Shown here in pieces: positions 9,001 through 15,615 of a stretch of 34,964 nt of DNA. Source of the DNA: an uncultured Desulfobacteraceae bacterium (GTDB lineage Bacteria; Desulfobacterota; Desulfobacteria; Desulfobacterales; JAABSP01); the NCBI GenBank assembly GCA_964396575.1, contig CAYNGG010000004.1, forward strand, positions 1 through 34,964. The letters are read 5' to 3'. Each line of letters starts with the position of its first letter. Position 1 is the stretch's first letter. Position numbers and translations under genes: made by a program. Below the pieces are notes generated by a model. That model ran no database searches, was not told the origin of the DNA, and worked only from the letters and a program-made list of their open reading frames with translations.

Positions 9001-9411
9001 CTACATCGGCTCCGGTTCGTCCGGAACCCGGCAAAGGTCCGGGACGCTGAGGTTGAAAACCCGGGCGTACCGGGCCAGGATCTCCGGCTTGAGGCGGGCA
9101 AAGGGCCGCGGTTTCAGGTGGCGACGGACCCGCCAGCGGGAGAGGCCGGCGTAGTCGGCCAGGAGTCCGGGGTTCATGAGATGCCGGACCATGTGGTAGG
9201 CCAGCGGGCTCCTCTCCCCGGCCCGGACCGCCCGAACCGCCTCGTCGATCTCGGCGGTGATCACCTCCCAGGCCTGGGCGTTGGCGACGTTTTTGGGCTC
9301 CCAGCCGAGGCTGGAGACCTTGACGTACCGGCCCGTCTCGTCCACGGCATAGGCGATCTCCCGCATACCTTCGTTCATGCCGTCTTCCTGCGGCACATCA
9401 ATTGTTTTCAT
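9001..9411 (-). CDS. Small protein with C-terminal XRE-like helix-turn-helix; first gene of the minus-strand operon
   Basis: ORF track 9001-9507. I prefer the ATG at 9411 (MKTIDVPQEDG...) with GGAGA upstream. The C-terminal segment LLADYAGLSRWRVRRHL...ILARYARVFNLSVPDL looks HTH-like. No family recognised. Confidence 0.5.
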   Translation of the reverse strand: MKTIDVPQEDGMNEGMREIAYAVDETGRYVKVSSLGWEPKNVANAQAWEVITAEIDEAVRAVRAGERSPLAYHMVRHLMNPGLLADYAGLSRWRVRRHLKPRPFARLKPEILARYARVFNLSVPDLCRVPDEPEPM

Positions 9412-9478
9412 CCGTCTCCGTCCGCCCGCGTTTAAAATTCGATGTTGCCCGGTTCCGGGCTCCCCTCGAAAGCTTTTC

Positions 9479-9507
9479 AATATGGGCAAACTGATCGGAA
9501 AAGTCAA
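9479..9507 (-). promoter_or_regulatory. Candidate sigma70 promoter for the HTH-BtrH-ACP-KS-CLF operon
   Basis: Minus strand reads TTGACT (9507-9502), a 17-nt spacer, then CATATT (9484-9479), about 70 nt upstream of the ATG at 9411. Confidence 0.4.
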
Positions 9508-9534
9508 TATCTAGTGTTCATCCGATCTCCCCTC

Positions 9535-9601
9535 TCACGCCCCGCCAAATAGAGCCGCGTCACCTCCGGGTCGGCCAAAAGATCGGCGTCGGTTCCGGTG
9601 G
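9535..9601 (-). pseudogene. Decayed remnant of a livF-like 3' end
   Basis: By hand alignment, 57 of 67 positions plus a 1-nt gap match the 3' end of the intact livF (23528-23595), in the same orientation. It encodes ...TDADLLADPEVTRLYLAGR versus LivF ...TGADLLADPEVTRLYLGGA*. The 1-nt deletion removes the stop. Weak similarity may continue to about 9680. Confidence 0.6.
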
Positions 9602-9863
9602 ACAGGATTGCCGAGGCCAGGGAAAAGCAGAAAAGATCTTCCACGAAACCCAAACCGCCGACGGCAAGGCCGTGACGGTCTGGGGGATGGGAGCGCCGGA
9701 ATCCGCAACCCGGGCTTGACGAGGGAACCGGCTTATGGCAAAAACTTTCAAAACCCGCCGCCGATGCGCGGGGCTGACCGGAATCAGCGGGCCATGAGAC
9801 CCGCGAAGGATTCAGGACCTCGCCGGGCTTTCGGCTGGCCAACCATCAGGATATCCACCGACC

Positions 9864-11333
9864 ATGTTTGAGCAGACCTTCAAGAACATCGATGACGTCC
9901 TCTGGAAAGAGGCGGGGTGCGCCTCCGAGCTGGACTACACCGAGCAGACCTCGTGGATGCTCTTTCTCAAGTACCTCGACGACCTCGAACGGGAACGAAC
10001 GGCAACCGCCGGGCTGACCGGAAAGCCCCACCAGCGGATCATCGACCGGGAATTCCGCTGGTCCGGCTGGGCCGCGCCGAAAACGCGCGACGGGAGCTTC
10101 GACCACGACACCGCCATGACCGGCGACGACCTCATCCTCTTCGTCAACGGCAAGCTCTTTCCCTATCTCCAGGGCTTCAAGGAACGGGCATCGAGCCCGG
10201 ACACCATCGAATACAAGATCGGGGAGATCTTCGGGGAGATCCACAACAAGTTCCAGAGCGGATACAGTCTCCGGGACGCCCTCGAGCTGGTCGATGCCCT
10301 GAGCTTCCGGTCCCAGAAGGAAAAGCACGAGCTCTCCCACCTCTACGAGGCCAAAATCCGGAACATGGGCAACGCCGGCCGGAACGGGGGCGAATACTAT
10401 ACCCCGCGCCCGCTCATCCGGGCCATGATCCGCGTAGTCCGGCCCCGGATCGATGAGCGGATCTACGACGGCGCGGCCGGGTCGGCCGGGTTCCTCTGCG
10501 AAGCCCACGACTACCTCCGCTACGGCGGCGACGGCACCGGCAACAACCTCTCCACCGCCGACCTCGAAACCCTCCAGAACCGGACCTTCCACGCCAAGGA
10601 GAAAAAGAGCCTCCCTTACGTCATCGGCATCATGAACATGATTCTCCACGGGATCGAGGCCCCCAACATCGTCCACACCAACAGCCTCACCGAAAACATC
10701 AGCGACATCCAGGAAAAGGACCGGTTCGACGTCATCCTCGCCAACCCGCCCTTCGGCGGTAAGGAGCGCAAGGAGGTCCAACAGAACTTTCCCATCAAGA
10801 CCGGCGAGACCGCGTTCCTGTTTCTCCAGCACTTCATCAAATACCTGAAGGCCGGCGGCCGGGCCGCCGTGGTCATCAAAAACACCTTCCTGTCCAACTC
10901 CGACAACGCCTCCCGGTCCCTCCGCCGGGAGCTGCTCGAAACCTCCAACCTCCACACCGTCCTCGACTGCCCCGGCGGAACCTTCCTCGGCGCCGGGGTC
11001 AAGACCGTGGTCCTCTTCTTCGAGAAAGGCGCCCCGACCCGGAAAATCTGGTACTACCAGCTCGATCCCGGCCGGAGCCTCGGCAAAACCAACCCCTTGA
11101 ACGACGATGACCTGAAAGAATTCGTCGAGCTTCAGGCGAGCTTTTCGGACTCGGACCATTCCTGGACCGTGGATGTCAAGGACGTGGACCCGGAGACGAT
11201 GGATCTCTCGGTGAGGAATCCCAACAAGGAAGACGAGAGACCCCTTAGGGACCCGGAGGTGATCATCAACGAAATCCAGATGCTCGATAAGGAGAGTGAG
11301 GAGATTTTGGAAGAGATTCGGGGGATGTTATGA
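9864..11333 (+). CDS. hsdM: Type I R-M system methyltransferase subunit HsdM (N6-adenine)
   Basis: 489 aa with an HsdM_N-like start, GEYYTPRPLIRAMI, YDGAAGSAGFL and the catalytic ILANPPFGGKE. The stop overlaps the hsdS start (ATGA). Confidence 0.95.
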   Translation: MFEQTFKNIDDVLWKEAGCASELDYTEQTSWMLFLKYLDDLERERTATAGLTGKPHQRIIDREFRWSGWAAPKTRDGSFDHDTAMTGDDLILFVNGKLFPYLQGFKERASSPDTIEYKIGEIFGEIHNKFQSGYSLRDALELVDALSFRSQKEKHELSHLYEAKIRNMGNAGRNGGEYYTPRPLIRAMIRVVRPRIDERIYDGAAGSAGFLCEAHDYLRYGGDGTGNNLSTADLETLQNRTFHAKEKKSLPYVIGIMNMILHGIEAPNIVHTNSLTENISDIQEKDRFDVILANPPFGGKERKEVQQNFPIKTGETAFLFLQHFIKYLKAGGRAAVVIKNTFLSNSDNASRSLRRELLETSNLHTVLDCPGGTFLGAGVKTVVLFFEKGAPTRKIWYYQLDPGRSLGKTNPLNDDDLKEFVELQASFSDSDHSWTVDVKDVDPETMDLSVRNPNKEDERPLRDPEVIINEIQMLDKESEEILEEIRGML

Positions 11334-12511
11334 TGGAGGGGTGGGAAACAAAAACACTCGGCGAGATTTGTAAGATATACCAACCCAAGACGATTTCTAA
11401 AAAACAACTCAAACAAAACGGAGAATACCCTGTCTTTGGTGCAAATGGAATCATTGGGCGATATGATAAATACAACCACAAGATACCACAAGTGTTGATA
11501 ACATGCCGTGGCGCTACATGCGGTCATGTAAATGTTTCTTTGCCCAAGTCTTGGATTACAGGCAATGCAATGGTAGTTCGCCCTTTGTCTGATGAATTGG
11601 ATTTGCAATATCTTGAATATTTTTGTCGTGGAGGTATCGACTTTTCTACTGTGATCAGTGGTGCTGCACAACCGCAGATCACAAGAAAATCCTTATCTCC
11701 GGTTACAATATCTTACCCCCCGCTCCCCGAACAAAAGCGCATCGTCGCCATTCTTGATGAAGCTTTCGCGGGGATCGAAAAGGCAGTCGCCAACACTGAA
11801 AAGAACCTGGCGAATGCGAGGGAGTTGTTTGAGAGTTATTTGAATTCGATGTTTAGCGATAAAGATAACGGTTGGATCGAAACTCGCTTAGGTGACGTCG
11901 CAAAAACTCAATATGGACTTTCTAAACCAATGAATGAAACTGGCAAGGGATTTAAGATTTTTCGTATGGGCGAGGTCCAAGACGGAAGGCTCCATGATAC
12001 AGGCTCCATGAAATTCGCTGACATTGATAAATATGAGTTTGAAAAATATAGACTTCGTGAGAATGATGTCTTGTTTAACCGCACGAACAGTTTCGAATTG
12101 GTTGGAAAGGTAGGAATATTTAAGCTTAAAGGGGACTATTGCTTTGCTTCTTATTTGATTCGAGTACTTCCAGACAAAAAGATGCTATTGCCTGAGTTTC
12201 TCAACTATTTTATGTGCTCTAACATTTTTCAGACAACCATTAAGAAAAAAGCATCACGGTCGATTAATCAGGCAAATATCAATGCGAAAATTCTATCAAA
12301 CGAAGTTATTCGTTTTCCACAATCGCTCAAAACGCAAGCTTCAATCGTTGGTAAGCTTGACTCTATCCGAAATGAATCTGAACAACTGCAATCCATTTAC
12401 CAAAACAAATTCACCGCCCTCTCCGAGCTCAAGCAATCCCTCCTCCAGAAAGCCTTTTCCGGCGAGCTGACCGCCAACCCCGGCAAGGTCTTGAACGAGG
12501 CCGCCGCATGA
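11330..12511 (+). CDS. hsdS: Type I R-M specificity subunit HsdS (two TRDs)
   Basis: 393 aa. The conserved central helix is LPEQKRIVAILDEAFAGIEKAVANTEKNLANARELFESYL. The C-terminal helix is IVGKLDSIRNESEQLQSIYQNKFTALSELKQSLLQKAFSGEL. Both TRDs are visibly AT-richer than the flanks. Confidence 0.9.
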   Translation: MMEGWETKTLGEICKIYQPKTISKKQLKQNGEYPVFGANGIIGRYDKYNHKIPQVLITCRGATCGHVNVSLPKSWITGNAMVVRPLSDELDLQYLEYFCRGGIDFSTVISGAAQPQITRKSLSPVTISYPPLPEQKRIVAILDEAFAGIEKAVANTEKNLANARELFESYLNSMFSDKDNGWIETRLGDVAKTQYGLSKPMNETGKGFKIFRMGEVQDGRLHDTGSMKFADIDKYEFEKYRLRENDVLFNRTNSFELVGKVGIFKLKGDYCFASYLIRVLPDKKMLLPEFLNYFMCSNIFQTTIKKKASRSINQANINAKILSNEVIRFPQSLKTQASIVGKLDSIRNESEQLQSIYQNKFTALSELKQSLLQKAFSGELTANPGKVLNEAAA

Positions 12512-12512
12512 A
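12497..12512 (+). repeat. Copy 1 of the 16-nt junction repeat GAGGCCGCCGCATGAA (hsdS stop / rhuM-like start)
   Basis: Exact 16-mer, also present at 12904-12919. The extended match is CTTGA(acga)GGCCGCCGCATGAA. Confidence 0.95.
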
Positions 12513-12918
12513 TGACAATACCCAGCAGGCCGTTGTCATTTATAAAAATGATGATAAGCAGGCAGAGGTTCATCTTGACACTCGGGAGCTTACGGTTTGG
12601 CTGTCGCAAGCCCGGATGGCCCGGCTATTCGGGCGGGATCAATCCGTGATTTCAAGGCATATAGGCAATGTTTTCAAGGAAGGTGAGCTGGAAAAGAAAA
12701 GCAATATGCAAAAAAGGCATATTTCAAATTCAGACAAGCCGGTGGAATTCTACAATCTTGATGTCATCATATCCGTCGGATACCGCGTAAAATCCAAAGA
12801 GGGTACTCGTTTCCGCCAATGGGCCACCCGCATCCCGCGCGAACACCTGACTCAGGGCTGGATTTTGAGCCAGCGGCGCTTTGAAGCCAACGCCCGCGAG
12901 CTTGAGGCCGCCGCATGA
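12508..12918 (+). CDS. Truncated RhuM-family protein (N-terminal ~130 aa only)
   Basis: 136 aa. VWLSQARMARLFGRDQSVISRHIGNVFKEGEL...FYNLDVIISVGYRVKSKEGTRFRQWAT matches the RhuM N-terminal region as I recall it. Full-length members are roughly 2.5x longer. ATGA overlaps on both sides. Confidence 0.7.
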   Translation: MNDNTQQAVVIYKNDDKQAEVHLDTRELTVWLSQARMARLFGRDQSVISRHIGNVFKEGELEKKSNMQKRHISNSDKPVEFYNLDVIISVGYRVKSKEGTRFRQWATRIPREHLTQGWILSQRRFEANARELEAAA

Positions 12919-12919
12919 A
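12904..12919 (+). repeat. Copy 2 of the 16-nt junction repeat GAGGCCGCCGCATGAA (rhuM-like stop / hsdR start)
   Basis: Exact repeat of 12497-12512. Confidence 0.95.
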
Positions 12920-15302
12920 CGAAGCCGAGACCCGGGCCGAGCTGATTGATCCGGCGTTGAAGGCCGCCGGGTGGGGCGTGGTGGCCGGGAGCCGGATTCA
13001 TCGGGAGGTGATCGCGCCGGGGCGGCTGCTCGGGGCGGGAAAGCAGGCGAGTTCCGAGGTCGCCGACTACGTGCTCTTCTACAGGGGCCAGAAGCTCGGC
13101 GTGATCGAGGCCAAGCGGCGGGACCTCCCGGACACCGAGGGTCTGGCTCAGGCCAAGCGGTATGCCGATCGCTTAGAGACCCGGTTCGCGTTTTCCACCA
13201 ACGGCGTCGGGATCTACCGGGCGGACATGCGGACCAACGCGGAGGGGTACATCGATGCGTGGCCGTCACCGGAGCGGCTCTGGGCTGAGACCTTTGCCGA
13301 GGCGAACGTCTGGCGGGAGCGGTTCGGGGCGGTCCCGTTCGAGGACCGGGGCGGCTACTGGCAGACCCGGTATTACCAGCACAACGCCATCAATCTGACC
13401 CTCGAAGCCATCGCGGCCGGCCGGGACCGGATGCTTCTGACCCTGGCCACCGGGACCGGCAAGACCGCCATTGCCTTTCAGATCGCCTGGAAGCTCTTCC
13501 ACGCCCGGTGGAGCCTGGCGGCCCGGCAATCGGGCGAGCCCGGCCGCCGGCCCCGGATTCTCTTCCTGGCCGACCGGAACAACCTCGCCGACCAGGCATT
13601 CAACGATTTTTCGGCCTTTCCCGAGGACGCGATGGTCCGGATCGCCCCGGATCTCATCCGGAAAAAGGGCCGGGTCCCGAAGAACGGGAGCATCTTCTTT
13701 ACCATCTTCCAGACCTTCATGACCGGCCGGGACGCCGATGGAAACCCCGCGCCCAATTTCGGCGAATACCCGCCGGACTTCTTCGACTTCATCGTCATTG
13801 ACGAGTGCCACCGGGGCGGGGCCAATGACGAGAGCACCTGGCGGGAGATCCTGAATTATTTCCACCCGGCGGTCCAGCTCGGGCTCACGGCCACGCCCAA
13901 ACGTCGGCACAACGTGGACACCTACGCCTATTTTGGCGAGCCGGTTTACACCTATTCCTTGAAGGCGGGGATCAACGACGGCTACCTCACCCCGTTCAAG
14001 GTCCGTCAGTTCGCCACCACCCTCGACGAGTACGTTTACACCCCGGACGACGACGTGATCGAGGGCGAGATCGAGGAAGGGCGGCGGTACACCGAGGACG
14101 ACTTCAACCGGGTCATCGAGATGATGCAGCGGGAGCGGTACCGGGTCGGGCTCTTCATGGATGAGATCAACCCGAGGGACAAGACCCTGGTCTTCTGCGC
14201 CACCCAGGCGCATGCCCTGGCGGTCCGGGACCTGATCAACCAGATCAAGCAGGTCCCCGACCCCAACTACTGCGTCCGGGTGACCGCCAACGACGGCAAG
14301 GCCGGCGATCAGTTTTTGAAACAGTTCCGGGACAATGAAAAGACCATCCCGACCATCCTCACCAGCTCCCAGAAGCTCTCCACCGGCGTGGATGCCCGGA
14401 ATGTCCGGAACATCGTCCTCATGCGCCCGGTCCGGTCGATGATCGAGTTCAAGCAGATCATCGGGCGGGGAACCCGGCTCTTCGACGGCAAGGACTATTT
14501 CACGATCTACGATTTCGTCCGGGCCCACGTCCATTTCAGCGACCCGGAGTGGGACGGCGAGCCCCTGGCCCCGGAGCCCTGCCCGAGGTGCGGCGGGATT
14601 CCCTGCACCTGCGCGTCCGCATCGCCTTCACCCTGTCCGGTCTGCGGCCGGTTGCCGTGCGTCTGTGAACCGGAGCCCGAGGGGCCTTGTCCCCGGTGTG
14701 GTGAGCGGCCCTGCGTCTGTCGGCGGCAACGGAAGGTTCGGGTGGGGCTGGCCGACGGCAAGGAGCGGACCCTCCAGCACATCGCGGCCACCACCTTCTG
14801 GAGCCCGGACGGCCGGCCCATGTCGGCGGCTCAGTTTGTCGAGCAGCTTTTCGGGGACCTGCCCGGCCTCTTCAGGGACGAAGACGAGCTCCGGGCCTTG
14901 TGGGGCCGGCCGGATACCCGGAAGGCGCTCCTGGACGGACTGGCGGAAAAGGGCTATGGCGAGGACCAGCTCTTGGAGATCGGCCGGATGATCGAGGCGG
15001 AAAAGAGCGACCTCTACGACGTCCTGGCCTACATCGCGTTTGCGCTTCCCCCGATCACCCGGGCCGACCGGGTGGACGCCCGCCGGGACCGGATTTTCAG
15101 CGGGTACGACTTCCGCCGGCAGGAGTTTCTGGGCTTTGTATTGGGTCACTATATCGAGCGCGGCGTGGGCGAGCTGGACCCCGATAAGCTCCCGAGGCTC
15201 ATCGAGCTGAAATACCACGGCATCGGCGACGCGGTCGCCGAGCTCGGGAGCCCCGAAAACATCCGGGAGGTCTTCGTCGATTTCCAGCGGCATTTGTATT
15301 GA
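12915..15302 (+). CDS. hsdR: Type I restriction endonuclease subunit HsdR (EcoEI-like C-terminal domain)
   Basis: 795 aa with the HSDR_N start MNEAETRAELIDPALKAAGW. The PD-(D/E)xK motif is ADYVLF...GVIEAKR. Helicase motifs are LATGTGKT and IVIDECHRG. A Cys-rich insert spans aa 556-602. The C-terminal domain is YGEDQLLEIGRMIEAEKSDLYDVLAYIAF... Confidence 0.95.
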   Translation: MNEAETRAELIDPALKAAGWGVVAGSRIHREVIAPGRLLGAGKQASSEVADYVLFYRGQKLGVIEAKRRDLPDTEGLAQAKRYADRLETRFAFSTNGVGIYRADMRTNAEGYIDAWPSPERLWAETFAEANVWRERFGAVPFEDRGGYWQTRYYQHNAINLTLEAIAAGRDRMLLTLATGTGKTAIAFQIAWKLFHARWSLAARQSGEPGRRPRILFLADRNNLADQAFNDFSAFPEDAMVRIAPDLIRKKGRVPKNGSIFFTIFQTFMTGRDADGNPAPNFGEYPPDFFDFIVIDECHRGGANDESTWREILNYFHPAVQLGLTATPKRRHNVDTYAYFGEPVYTYSLKAGINDGYLTPFKVRQFATTLDEYVYTPDDDVIEGEIEEGRRYTEDDFNRVIEMMQRERYRVGLFMDEINPRDKTLVFCATQAHALAVRDLINQIKQVPDPNYCVRVTANDGKAGDQFLKQFRDNEKTIPTILTSSQKLSTGVDARNVRNIVLMRPVRSMIEFKQIIGRGTRLFDGKDYFTIYDFVRAHVHFSDPEWDGEPLAPEPCPRCGGIPCTCASASPSPCPVCGRLPCVCEPEPEGPCPRCGERPCVCRRQRKVRVGLADGKERTLQHIAATTFWSPDGRPMSAAQFVEQLFGDLPGLFRDEDELRALWGRPDTRKALLDGLAEKGYGEDQLLEIGRMIEAEKSDLYDVLAYIAFALPPITRADRVDARRDRIFSGYDFRRQEFLGFVLGHYIERGVGELDPDKLPRLIELKYHGIGDAVAELGSPENIREVFVDFQRHLY

Positions 15303-15472
15303 GGGGGCGGCCGACCCGCCACCGGATGCCCCGGCCCGTTCGGATCGGCTCGGGCGGCAATGCCCCTGGGGACTCCCGGCGCTGCCTTTGGCCGGGGTTG
15401 GGGTTGTCTTGATGAACCGGGGACTTCACCCGAGACGGGCCGGGGGGCTTACTGATCCGTCCTCCGTGGAAA
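14951..15472 (+). repeat. 522-bp direct repeat, copy 1 (last 352 nt of hsdR plus 170 nt downstream)
   Basis: A base-by-base comparison with 18929-19450 found a single mismatch (C at 14966 versus G at 18944). The offset is 3,978 bp. Confidence 0.97.
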
Positions 15473-15615
15473 GAATCGGTGGCATATCGATACTGGACTA
15501 ACCCCCTGTCATCTGATATATGGGGTTCATGTATCGACCAGTTTTCACTTTGCATTGGCCCCGCCAAACGATTGTTTCGCTATTCAAACCGAAAAGTAAG
15601 GGCGAATAAGCTGCT

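Noticed and set aside
9504-9842. 112-aa minus-strand ORF
   Set aside because: Only its last ~20 codons resemble a protein (the LivF C-terminus). A 1-nt deletion then lets it read through the former stop. It is better described as a pseudogene remnant plus non-coding DNA.
9846-11159. 437-aa minus-strand ORF opposite hsdM
   Set aside because: Shadow ORF of hsdM with a Val/Gly/Glu/Asp-rich repetitive composition. hsdM has unambiguous methyltransferase motifs.
13266-14534. 422-aa minus-strand ORF opposite hsdR
   Set aside because: Shadow ORF of hsdR with no motifs.
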